Source of the DNA: an uncultured Planctomycetota bacterium
Lineage (GTDB): Bacteria > Planctomycetota > Planctomycetia > Isosphaerales > Isosphaeraceae
Length of the DNA: 64,000 nt
Assembly (NCBI GenBank): GCA_963737655.1
Contig: CAVTTN010000002.1
Location: forward strand, 4,992,001-5,056,000
Reading direction: 5' to 3'
Under the pieces are notes generated by a model that had not been told where the DNA came from, ran no database searches, and saw only the letters and a list, made by a program, of their open reading frames with translations. Below are positions 20,790 through 30,227 of the stretch, piece by piece; positions within the stretch are counted from its first letter, which is position 1, and each line of letters opens with the position of its first letter. The position numbers and the translations under genes are program-made.

Positions 20790-22012
20790 CCGAGGCCCCG
20801 ACCGTCGAGCGGTCGCCGGCCGCCCTCCGCCTCGGCGTCCTCTTCGTCCTCGCCGCCCTGGCGAGGGTCGGGCCCGACCTTCACCGGGCGATCGACTGGC
20901 GGCTCGCCTCCCAGGAGCGGCTCGAAGGGGAGTTCCTGGCCACGTCCTGGAACGATTTCGGCGGGATCCTGCTGGCGATCGGCCCGATCGCCGTCGGGAT
21001 CGCCCTGATCCTGACCCGAGACCGCCGGTTCGCCCGGGCCGCGTCCCTGACCGCCGGGGGCCTGGCCGTCGAGGGGACGCTGTCGCTGATCTTCGCCGCG
21101 GTGATCGACTCGGGATGGGGCCGGATCGCCCCGGCCCCGGGCTCGCCGATGACCTGGCCCGGCCCCATGCTCCCGAAGGGACCGGCGCTCGCCGGATGGA
21201 TCGCCCTGGTGGTGACCTGGTGGGTCCTGATGATCGCCAGTCGAAGGCTCCGGGACCGGGGCCGGGGAGGGACGGCCCCTCGCCTGGCGAGCTTCGCGGC
21301 CGGGCTGTTCGCCCTGGTCCTCCTCGGAACGTTCGGCTGGTCGAGCTATCTCGAAGTCCTGGAGCGGTTCCCGTCGATCCGCCGGATGGTCCTCCTGGCC
21401 GATCGCCGGCCTGCGCGACCCCGGAGAGGGCCGCTGACCCTCTCGGCCGAGGAGAAACGGGCGAAGGAGGCGCTCGGCCTGTTCCAGGAGGGCCGAGGCC
21501 ATCTCGACTCCGGGCGATCGGCCGAGGCCCGCCGGGCGATGATCAAGTCGTTGAACCGCTATGAGGCCCTCGTCCGCGACTTCCCCCAGAGCAAGGGCTA
21601 TCGCCGAGAGGTCGCGCACGTGGCCAACAACCTCGCGTGGTTCCTGGTCACGTCGGCCGACCCGTCGGCCCGGGACCCCGAGACCGCGGTGGCCGTCGCC
21701 CGCCGGGCCGTCGAGCTCGAACCCGACGAGGGCAATTACCAGAATACCCTGGCCGTGGCCCTCCTCCGGACCGGCGACCTCGACGGCGCCGAGGCCGCCT
21801 TCCGCAAGGCGATGGACCTCCGCGACGGAGGGGACAGCTTCGACTGGTACTTCCTCGCCCAGATCGAGGCCAGGCGGGGCCGCCCCGACGCCGCGAAAGC
21901 CCTCTACGCCCGCGCCCGGGCCTGGCACCGCGAGAACCCCCAGCGCAACGAGGAACTCGACCGCTTCCGGGCCGAGACCGCGAAGGCCCTCGGCCTCGAC
22001 CCGGCCCCCTGA
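20786..22012 (+). CDS. Multi-TM membrane protein with C-terminal TPR repeats
   Basis: ATGA overlap with kinase stop; ~5 TM; NNLAWFL..ARRAVELEP..YQNTLAVA..FRKAMDL TPR pattern. Confidence 0.8.
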   Translation: MTEAPTVERSPAALRLGVLFVLAALARVGPDLHRAIDWRLASQERLEGEFLATSWNDFGGILLAIGPIAVGIALILTRDRRFARAASLTAGGLAVEGTLSLIFAAVIDSGWGRIAPAPGSPMTWPGPMLPKGPALAGWIALVVTWWVLMIASRRLRDRGRGGTAPRLASFAAGLFALVLLGTFGWSSYLEVLERFPSIRRMVLLADRRPARPRRGPLTLSAEEKRAKEALGLFQEGRGHLDSGRSAEARRAMIKSLNRYEALVRDFPQSKGYRREVAHVANNLAWFLVTSADPSARDPETAVAVARRAVELEPDEGNYQNTLAVALLRTGDLDGAEAAFRKAMDLRDGGDSFDWYFLAQIEARRGRPDAAKALYARARAWHRENPQRNEELDRFRAETAKALGLDPAP

Positions 22013-22132
22013 CCGGCAGGGGGCGGCCGATCGACGGGGAAACGGTGGCGCCATTTCCCGGTCCCCCTCTCCTCGGACGGCGATCGCGCCGTACAATGCC
22101 GGGAAACCGCCCCGAGACGGAACCCCGCGCCG

Positions 22133-22918
22133 ATGGCCCCGTTCGACCGCCTGGTCTCCCGAATCCTGCCGATCCGCGACAAGATCACGGCGCATCCGGT
22201 CTATTCGCGGATCGGCACCGAGGCGGGCCTCCGCCGGTTCCAGGAGCATCACGTCTTCGCCGTCTGGGACTTCATGACGCTCCTGAAGGCCCTCCAGCGA
22301 GGGCTGACCTGCGTGGACCTGCCGTGGCGGCCGGTGGGCGATCCCTCGGTTCGCCGCCTGATCAACGCCATCGTCCTGGCCGAGGAGAGCGACGACGACG
22401 GCCAGGGCGGCGCGATCAGTCATTTCGAGATGTACCTCGACGCGATGGCCGCCTCCGGGGCCGACTCGGGGCCGATCCGCCGGGTCCTGGCGCTTCTCGC
22501 GGATGGGCTCGGCCTCGAGGACGCCCTGGGACGCGCGCACGTCCCCGATCCGGCCTCGCGGTTCGTCCTGGCGACCCAAAAAGTCGTCGAGAGCCGCTCT
22601 CTGCCGGCGATCGCCTCGGCCTTCACCCTGGGGCGGGAGGCGCTGATCCCCGACCTCTTCCGCTCGGTCGTGGCCGAGCTGAACCGAGGCTCCGACGGCC
22701 GCCTGGACCTCCTCGACCGCTATCTCGACCGCCACATCGGCCTGGACGACGAGGAGCATGGCCCGATGGCCCGCCGGATGCTCGAATCGCTCTGCGGAGA
22801 CGACCCCGCCCGATGGCTCCTCGCCGAACGCGCCGCGATTGCCGCGTTGCAAGCCCGGCTCGACCTCTGGGACGGCATCGATCGAGCGATCCAGGAGGGA
22901 GAGACGATCCGCCGATGA
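22133..22918 (+). CDS. DUF3050-like protein (heme-oxygenase-like fold, putative diiron enzyme)
   Basis: EHHVFAVWDFMTLLKALQ, LAEESD, SHFEMYL, GREALIP, RHIGLDDEEHG. Confidence 0.85.
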   Translation: MAPFDRLVSRILPIRDKITAHPVYSRIGTEAGLRRFQEHHVFAVWDFMTLLKALQRGLTCVDLPWRPVGDPSVRRLINAIVLAEESDDDGQGGAISHFEMYLDAMAASGADSGPIRRVLALLADGLGLEDALGRAHVPDPASRFVLATQKVVESRSLPAIASAFTLGREALIPDLFRSVVAELNRGSDGRLDLLDRYLDRHIGLDDEEHGPMARRMLESLCGDDPARWLLAERAAIAALQARLDLWDGIDRAIQEGETIRR

Positions 22919-23183
22919 CGCCGATGGCCGCGGAGGAAGACGGATGGATGCGGGCCCGCCGTCCGCCGAGGTCAGTTCGATTTTTCCTCGTTCCCACGCT
23001 CTGCGTGGGAATGCCGTCCTGGACGCTCTGCGTCCGCATTCTTGCCGAGCCGGAGCGACGCGGAGCGTCGGGGACGGCATTCCCACGCAGAGCGTGGGAA
23101 CGAGAATCTTACCGACCTCGGCGGACGGCGGGCCCGCATCCATCCGTCTTCCTCCGCGGCCATCGGCGTCATCGGCGGATCGT
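22904..23183. repeat. 280-bp nested palindrome: 70-bp outer arms enclosing a CGTTCCCACGCTCTGCGTGGGAA-type REP doublet
   Basis: Outer arms 22904-22973/23114-23183 perfect; inner arms 22987-23019/23072-23104 perfect. Confidence 0.92.
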
Positions 23184-23187
23184 TGCT

Positions 23188-23937
23188 TCACATTCCTTCC
23201 ACCGCATCGAGATCGCACCACGGCCCCCGGCTGCGGAATGAGGGCGGAGGCAGCGATTCGGCGAGCTTGCGGGCGGTTTCGGGGGCGACGTCGTCCCGCT
23301 TGCGGCCTAGCCCTCGAAAGATCGTCAGGCCGCGGCTCCGGGCGAGGATCTCGCGACGGGATCGCCCTTCCGGAGCATCGGGCCAGGGGCCGGGATGCTC
23401 CTCGAAATGGAAGAAGACGGGGACGACCCGTCGGAAGTAGAGCCAGTAATCGGGGTTGTCGGTCTGGAGGACGAACAGGCCGTCGGGCCCGAGCGCCTTG
23501 TGGACATCGGCGAGGAATCGCGGGGTGACGAGCCGTCGATGGGCCTCCCTCGGGTCGTGATACGGCTGAGGGTGGTACAGGTGGACCTCGCTCGCCGCCT
23601 CGGGGCCGAGATAGCGGCTCACGAGCGTCTGGGCGTCCTTCACCGCGAACCGGACGTTGTGCAGCCCTCGCTGGTTGGCCCGGCGGGTGGCATAGCGGAT
23701 GACCACGGGGAGCAAATCCGAGGCGAAATGGTCGTGATCGGGCCGCGCGAGGGCACTCTGCAAGGTGAACCGGCCGTTGCCGCATCCGAGCTCGACGATC
23801 AGGGGGGCCGTTCGCCCGAAAATCGCCGGGAAATCGAGAGGCCCCGGAGGCGGCAGCCGCTTCAGGGCGGTCCGGGCCCAGAGGTCTTCCGCAAGGATCT
23901 CGCCGGGGATGGGGACGCCGAATTCGGTCTCGATCAT
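23188..23937 (-). CDS. trmB: tRNA (guanine-N7)-methyltransferase TrmB-like
   Basis: VELGCGNGRF SAM motif, NVRF, HPQPY..HRRLVTPRF, LQTDNPDY. Confidence 0.8.
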   Translation of the reverse strand: MIETEFGVPIPGEILAEDLWARTALKRLPPPGPLDFPAIFGRTAPLIVELGCGNGRFTLQSALARPDHDHFASDLLPVVIRYATRRANQRGLHNVRFAVKDAQTLVSRYLGPEAASEVHLYHPQPYHDPREAHRRLVTPRFLADVHKALGPDGLFVLQTDNPDYWLYFRRVVPVFFHFEEHPGPWPDAPEGRSRREILARSRGLTIFRGLGRKRDDVAPETARKLAESLPPPSFRSRGPWCDLDAVEGM

Positions 23938-24043
23938 CGGGCGGTCGCGTGGTGACGGGTCCAGGAAGGGCGAGACAGCGGGGCACGACGATTGTAACCT
24001 GAGACGTCGGCTTTCGAGCAAACCTCTCGGGGGCCGTCCCGGA

Positions 24044-24148
24044 TTCACCACAAAGCCACCAGGAGCACGAAGGAAGACACGAAGACCGTCGGAATGGATC
24101 CTCGGCTCTCTGTGTCTTCCTTCGTGCTCCTGGTGGCTTTGTGGTGAA
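24044..24148. repeat. Palindromic element built from CACnnAG subunits (37-bp perfect arms)
   Basis: TTCACCACAAAGCCACCAGGAGCACGAAGGAAGACAC 24044-24080 and its reverse complement 24112-24148. Confidence 0.88.
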
Positions 24149-24182
24149 ACTCCCGGGTTATCTCCCGTGGATGAGAGATCCC

Positions 24183-24527
24183 ATGCCCCCCGCCGATCGC
24201 CCGATCCTCGACGCCGTGTCCGCCGTGATCGCCGACCGCAAGGCGAACCCTCCCGACCGCTCGTATGTCGCGAGCCTGCTCAAAGGCGGGATCGCCCGGA
24301 TCGGCCCCAAGATCGTCGAGGAGGCCGGCGAGGTCGTCTCCGCCGCCGAGGAACCGGGCGACTCGGGCCGGGCCCACCTCGTCGCCGAGGTCGCCGACCT
24401 CCTGTTCCACACCCTCGTCCTCCTCGGAGACCGCGACATCGCCTGGAGCGAGATCGAGGCCGAGCTCGCCCGCCGGTTCGGCGTCGGCGGGATCGACGAA
24501 AAGGAGAGCCGAGCGAAGAAGACCTGA
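24183..24527 (+). CDS. hisE: Phosphoribosyl-ATP diphosphatase
   Basis: SYVASLL, KIVEEAGEV, EVADLLFHTLV, ELARRFG. Confidence 0.92.
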   Translation: MPPADRPILDAVSAVIADRKANPPDRSYVASLLKGGIARIGPKIVEEAGEVVSAAEEPGDSGRAHLVAEVADLLFHTLVLLGDRDIAWSEIEAELARRFGVGGIDEKESRAKKT

Positions 24528-24587
24528 ACGCAGATTACGCAGATTACTGAAAGCTAAACCATTTTCTTAATCTGCGTAATCTGCGTT
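24527..24587. repeat. Palindromic element of 9-nt ACGCAGATT units
   Basis: AACGCAGATTACGCAGATTA...TAATCTGCGTAATCTGCGTT between convergent genes. Confidence 0.85.
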
Positions 24588-24599
24588 TCGGTCTCCGCC

Positions 24600-26225
24600 T
24601 CATTCCTCGTCGCGACGGACGAGCGGCCCCTCGGTCCGGGCGAGGATTCGCGTCTCTCCGCGTTCGTCCTGGAGTTCTCGGACCATCAGGAGCTTGGGGG
24701 CGGACTTGGACCAGTTGGCGAACTCGGAGGGGAGCAGCAGGACGAACCTGGGGGCCTCTCCGGGGCCTCCTCGGAGGAAGACCTCGCTGGGCAGTTGGCG
24801 GACGGCCCGCTCGGTGGCGAAGGCGAGGTCGGCGGGCCAGGTGTGGAGGGTGTGGATCGGCGACCTCGGCGGCACGCATTGGCCGATCGCCCGGCCCCAG
24901 GGCCCCTGCCCCAGCCGGTAATTGGCCTCGGGCACGAGGATCCCCCACATGGCCAGCTTCATCCCGATCGCGACGAGGAGGACGGTCCGGAACGCCCCCC
25001 GGCCCGACCCGATCGTCGCCGAGTGCAGGGCCAACAGGGCCGTCAGAAGCCCCACGCCGACCAGGACGAAGCAAATCCCGCGATAATACGGCATCTCCGC
25101 CGCGAGCTTCGCGCCCAGGACGACCTCGGTCCCGCCCCAGACCAGGGCCAGGAGGAGCGACGAGGCGGTCAGGAACCGCCTCGGACCGACGAGCGAGCGA
25201 TCGGCGAGGACGCGGTCGATCCCGGCCCCGGCGAGGATCGCCAGGCCCGCGAGGATCGGCCCCTTCGCCATCGGCCCGGCCCCGGGGACGATCGTCCCGG
25301 CGATCAGCAGGACCCCCAGGATCTGGGCCCAGCCCTTGGTGAGCGTCCGGGCCGGCTCGGCGAACCCCTGGCGGAGCGTCGGCATCCCGGAAAGCCCGGC
25401 CAAAGGCGACCACGGCAGGCCGGCGAACACCGCCCACAACGCCAGCCCCCAGGCCGGCGGCTGAGTCAACGGCAACGCCACGGCCGACGCCCAGACCTCC
25501 GCCCGGGTGGCCATCAACGCCCAGGCCGACCACCCCGCGAACGCCAGGATCGGCGGCAGGAAGAGCCGGACGTTCAGCCTCGCCTCCGGCCTGCCCAGCA
25601 CGATCACCGGCAGGACGACCATCGCCAAAGCCGGCCACCCGCCGAACAGGACGGCCGCCATGGCCCCGAGGCCGGCGAGCCAGTCCGACCCCCGGCTCAA
25701 CAACCGATCGAGCGTGGCGACGATCGCCAGGGCCGAGAGCGGCTCGATCCCGGTCCAGGTCGTGCGGTCCATCGCGGCCAGGCCGCCGAGGAACGCCAGG
25801 GACGTCAGCACCCCGGCCCTCTCGCCCATCGCCGAGGCCACTCGTCGGGCGATCAGCAATCCCAGGAAGACCGAGGCGATCACCGCCGGCCAGCGGATCA
25901 CCCCGCCCCTGGGAAACCCGCCCTCGAACAGGGCCCAGAGCTGGCTCGTGACGACCCGGCCGATCGGGATCGAGGGCTCCCAGCCGCCGAAGACCTGGGC
26001 GAACGGGCCGATCCCCTCGGCCGCCGCCAGGCCGAGCCTCGCCTCGATCTCGTCGGGTTCCCGGGCGCCGCCGCCCAGGACGACGAACCCCACCGCGATG
26101 GCCGCCAGGGCGAGCCCGGGGACCAGGGCCGATCGTGTCCCGGCGTCCTCGGACTCGGGCGCCTCGCTCGGGTCCAGGCGGAAGCGTTTCGAGAGGGCTC
26201 GGACGCTCTCGCGTTCAATGGGCAT
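24600..26225 (-). CDS. Polytopic membrane protein, ArnT/GT39 (GT-C)-like glycosyltransferase, divergent
   Basis: >10 TM segments, EPDEIEAR acidic first loop, RWPAV motif, soluble C-terminal domain. Confidence 0.65.
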   Translation of the reverse strand: MPIERESVRALSKRFRLDPSEAPESEDAGTRSALVPGLALAAIAVGFVVLGGGAREPDEIEARLGLAAAEGIGPFAQVFGGWEPSIPIGRVVTSQLWALFEGGFPRGGVIRWPAVIASVFLGLLIARRVASAMGERAGVLTSLAFLGGLAAMDRTTWTGIEPLSALAIVATLDRLLSRGSDWLAGLGAMAAVLFGGWPALAMVVLPVIVLGRPEARLNVRLFLPPILAFAGWSAWALMATRAEVWASAVALPLTQPPAWGLALWAVFAGLPWSPLAGLSGMPTLRQGFAEPARTLTKGWAQILGVLLIAGTIVPGAGPMAKGPILAGLAILAGAGIDRVLADRSLVGPRRFLTASSLLLALVWGGTEVVLGAKLAAEMPYYRGICFVLVGVGLLTALLALHSATIGSGRGAFRTVLLVAIGMKLAMWGILVPEANYRLGQGPWGRAIGQCVPPRSPIHTLHTWPADLAFATERAVRQLPSEVFLRGGPGEAPRFVLLLPSEFANWSKSAPKLLMVRELQDERGETRILARTEGPLVRRDEE

Positions 26226-26838
26226 GGCTCGGCTCCTGGAGGCTCGGCGGGGCGGGCGAAGGCGGCGGGGCCGGGTCGCGGACGATCGCCGGCTCGAACA
26301 GCTCGGCATTCGGCCGGTCCTTCGCCATCGCGTAGATGTAGCCCGGCAGCCAGCCTTCGCGGTACGTCTGGCGGTCCATCTCGGCGGCCACGTCCTCGAT
26401 GGTCCAGCCGTCCTTCTCGAAGCGATACAGGGCCACGGCGGCGCCGGTCCGGCAGGTCCCCCGGGCGCAGTGGACCAGGACCGGCCGTCGCGACGGGTCA
26501 TCGACGGCGGCCAGGACCTCGCGGAACTGGACCTCCTTGCCGAACCCGTCGCCGGGCATGGGCAGGTTCAGGAACTCGACGCCGAGGGAGCGGCACAACG
26601 CCCGCTCCTCCTCGACCTTCGGCCCCGGCACCTGGAAGTTCACCACGGTCTTCAGCCCATACCGCCGGATCGCCTCGGACAACTGCTCCGGCCGAAGCTG
26701 GCCGCTCCGGTACAAGATGCCGGGCTTGACGGTGTCCCAGTGGTCCCAGACATACAGGTTGCGTCGCGATTCCTGGGTCATCCACGCCGTGGTCGCCACG
26801 GCCGCGACGACCACGACGACGGCGAAAGCCATGCGCAT
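26215..26838 (-). CDS. Dual-specificity/tyrosine phosphatase family protein with N-terminal anchor
   Basis: LYRSGQL, KTVVNF, PVLVHCARGTCRTG (CX5R motif). Confidence 0.88.
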   Translation of the reverse strand: MRMAFAVVVVVAAVATTAWMTQESRRNLYVWDHWDTVKPGILYRSGQLRPEQLSEAIRRYGLKTVVNFQVPGPKVEEERALCRSLGVEFLNLPMPGDGFGKEVQFREVLAAVDDPSRRPVLVHCARGTCRTGAAVALYRFEKDGWTIEDVAAEMDRQTYREGWLPGYIYAMAKDRPNAELFEPAIVRDPAPPPSPAPPSLQEPSHAH

Positions 26839-26991
26839 GGGCGGCGATCCCCTCCCGAACCCGGGCCTCGTTCGATTCTTCGGGCGGATCGACGGCGCAA
26901 GAGGTGAAGATCGCGGGAGCCAGGTCGTCCGTCGCGGGGGCGGATCGTAGGGAAGCCCCGCCCTTCGGTCAAGACGAACTGAACCCGGGGG

Positions 26992-27060
26992 ATCGAAACG
27001 CAGATTGCGCAGATTTCAAAGAGTTTCCATCTGCGCAATCTGCGTAATCTGCGTTTCGAT
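26992..27060. repeat. Palindromic element of 9-nt RCGCAGATT units
   Basis: ATCGAAACGCAGATTGCGCAGAT...ATCTGCGCAATCTGCGTAATCTGCGTTTCGAT. Confidence 0.85.
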
Positions 27061-27298
27061 GCCCTGTTTTTCGCGAGAGAAACCGGGATTTCGAGATCAG
27101 AGCCCGAACAAGACGGCTTGGGACGACGAATCAGGCACAATCTGAGGACCGAGATCGAGCCGGCGCCTCGGGTGCGTCCGGGCCGGTCGTTCTGCATCGG
27201 CTTGTCCGGCCGGCGGGCGGCGACTACCATACACCGATCCGTCGCGGGCGACCGGGCTTCGGACCGCTCGCGGCTTCCGTTCCCAGGGGCATCCTCCC

Positions 27299-30024
27299 AT
27301 GCGCGTTCCCGGTCCCCGAGCCTCGGCCGCGTGTCTGGCGGCGACGTTCCTCCTTGGCCTGATCGCCGCCCCGGCCCTGGCCGATGGCCAGCAGCCGAAG
27401 GAGAAGGATTCTCGCCGGAAGCTCAAGGAGGCGACCTTCACCACCAGCGTCTCGCCCGCCACGGCCAAGCCCGGCGAGACGGTGACCTACACCGTGACCG
27501 CCAAGATCGAGGACGGCTGGCATATCTACGCCTACAAGAAGGAACAGCCCGAGTCCGCCCCGATCGCCACCCAGTTCGACGTCTTCGGCACCGACGGCCT
27601 GGGCCTCGTCGGCGACTGGAAGCCCTCGGCCGAGCCCGAGGTGAAGCGCGAACCGGCCTACGACGCCCCGGTCGAGTACTACGAGGGCACCGTCTCCTGG
27701 TCGATCCAGGTGAAAGTCCCCGCCGACGCGAAGCCCGGCAAGAAGACGCTCAAGAACCAGATCAACTTCATGATCTGCGACCCGAACAACTGCCTCCCGC
27801 CCACCAAGACCACGGTGCCCGAGGCGACCGTGACCGTCTCCTCCAAAGGCTCGGCGATGGCCCCGCCCGGCCCGAGGTCGGCGCTCGCCTCGCTCTCCGT
27901 GGCGGCCCTGGCCGACGGCCAGCCGAAGGAGAAGGACTCGCGACGGAAGCTCAAGCAGGCCGCGTTCACCACCAGCGTCTCGCCCGCCACGGCCAAGCCC
28001 GGCGACACCGTCACCTACACCGTGACCGCGAAGATCGAGGACGGCTGGCACGTCTACGCCTACAAGGCCAAGCAGGCCGAAGAGGCCCCGATCGCCACCC
28101 AGTTCGACTTCTTCGACAAGGCCGGCCTCTCGCCCGAGGGGGAATGGACGCCGTCGGAGAAGCCCGAGGTCAAGAAGGACCCGGGGTTCAAGGACCCGAT
28201 CGAGTACCACGAGAAGACCGTCTCCTGGAGCCTCAAGCTCAAGGTCCCCGCCGACGCGAAGCCGGGCAAGGTCACGCTCAAGAACCAGGTCAATTTCCAG
28301 ATCTGCAACGACACCGGCTGCCTCCCCCCGACCAAGACGACCCTGCCCGACGCCTCGGTGACGGTCACCGGAGGCTCCTCCTGGCTCGGGCCGATCGGCC
28401 CGAGGACGGCCCTGGCCCTGGTCGCCGTGGCCCAGGCCGGGGCGGCCGCGGCCCCGGTCGCGAAGGCTTCGGGCGACGTGGGGGCCGCGATCGACGGCGG
28501 GCTCCTGGCGTTCCTCGCCTATTCGGCCCTGGGCGGACTGGTCGCCTTGCTGATGCCGTGCGTCTGGCCGATGGTGCCGATCACGGTGAATTTCTTCGTG
28601 AAGCAGGGAGGCGAGAAGAAGGGATCGGGCCTCGGGCTGGCGGTGGTGTATTGCCTGGCGATCGTCGGGATCTACACGACGCTCGGCCTGGTCGTCACGT
28701 TCGCCAAGGGGGCGTCGGGGGCCTCGGACCTGGGCAATAACGCCTGGCTGAACCTGATCATGGGCCTGGTCTTCATCGCCCTGGGGTTGAGCCTGCTGGG
28801 TCTGTTCGAGATCCGCCTGCCGAACTTCCTGCTGAACGCCACGAGCCAGAGGGAAGGCCAGGGCGGGCTGGTGGGCGTCATGTTCATGGCCGCGACGTTG
28901 ACGATCACGTCGTTCACCTGCACCGCGCCGGTGGTCGGGAGCCTCCTGGGCCTGGCGACGAAGGGGCAGGTGTTCTACCCGGTCGTGGGGATGCTCACGT
29001 TCTCGGCGGTTTTGGCGCTGCCGTTCTTCGTCCTGGCCCTGGTGCCGGGCCTGTTGCACAAGATGCCCCGGAGCGGCGACTGGATGAACGCGGTGAAGGT
29101 CGTCGGCGGGCTGGTGGAGATCGGCGCCGCGTTCAAGTTCCTGAACACGGCGGAGATCAGCTTCGGGACCACGCCGGACAACGCCTGGATCGACTCGACG
29201 GTGATCCTGACGGCCTGGGTCGTCCTGTCCCTGGTGGCGGGGATCTACCTGCTCGGCCTCTTCCGCACCGATCACGACCTCGACGCCCCGAAGGTCGGCC
29301 CGGCCCGGCTGATGATGGGCGTGCTGTTCCTGGGCGTGTCGCTGTATCTCGCGCCGGCCCTGTTCGGCAACCCCCCGCAGAGCCGCTTCTACAACCAGAT
29401 CGCCGGCATCCTGCCCAAGGACACCGACAACCTCGACTCGGCCAGGCGAGGCAGCCGCGAGACCCTCACCAAGGTGGCCGACCTCCTGGCGACGCCCGGA
29501 ACTCGCTCGGGAGACGCCCCGGCGCGACGAGGGTCGCCCAGGTGCCGAGGAAGGCCACGTCGAACGACCCGAAGACGGCCGTCCGCGAGGAGAAGCGGGA
29601 CCACGGCGTCCTCTGGGGGATGAGCTACGAGGCCGCGTTGGAAGAGGCCAAGGCCACGAACCGGCCGGTCTTGATCGACTTCACCGGCGTGAACTGCGCC
29701 AACTGCCGGACCGTCGAGAAGTCGATCATGCCGAAGCCCGACGTGGTGGAGCAGCTCAAGAAGTTCGTGACCGTCCAGCTCTACACCGACACCGTGGACA
29801 TCGACAGCCTGACCAAAGAGCAACGCAAAGAGCTCGCCGACGACAACCTCGACTTCGAGGAGAAGCTCACGGAGCAGATCACCAGCCCCCTGTACGTGGT
29901 GGTCACGCCCGACGGCAAGAAGGTCGCGCAGACCGGCTACTCGGCCGATACGAACTTCCTCCGAGACTTCCTCAAGGGCGCCCTGGCCAAGTACCAGGGA
30001 GTCGAGAAGGTCGCGAGCCAGTAG
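27299..30024 (+). CDS. dsbD: Thiol:disulfide interchange protein DsbD-like (two N-terminal Ig-like domains, CcdA TM domain, thioredoxin domain); frameshift near 29510-29545
   Basis: GWHIYA..CDPNNC and GWHVYA..CNDTGC domains; LMPCVWPM, SFTCTAP, PRSGDWM; DFTGVNCANC in ORF 29542..30024. Confidence 0.88.
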
Positions 30025-30227
30025 GGTGCATGAAATGCACCGTCGCGTAGGGTGCATGAAATGCACCAACGAAACGGCGGCCGAGAGGCCGCCTACAGCT
30101 TCCCCGACCACTTCCCCGATCTCATCGCGACGTTGGCTCGGGATGAGGAGGTCGGCCTGTGTATGGGACGCCGTTTCGTTGGTGCATTTCATGCACCCTA
30201 CGCGACGGTGCATTGCATGCACCCTAC
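30021..30227. repeat. GTAG REP double-doublet (59-bp inverted arms) between dsbD and purM
   Basis: Copies 30021, 30047 (+), 30181, 30207 (-); arms 30021-30079/30169-30227 with one mismatch. Confidence 0.93.
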
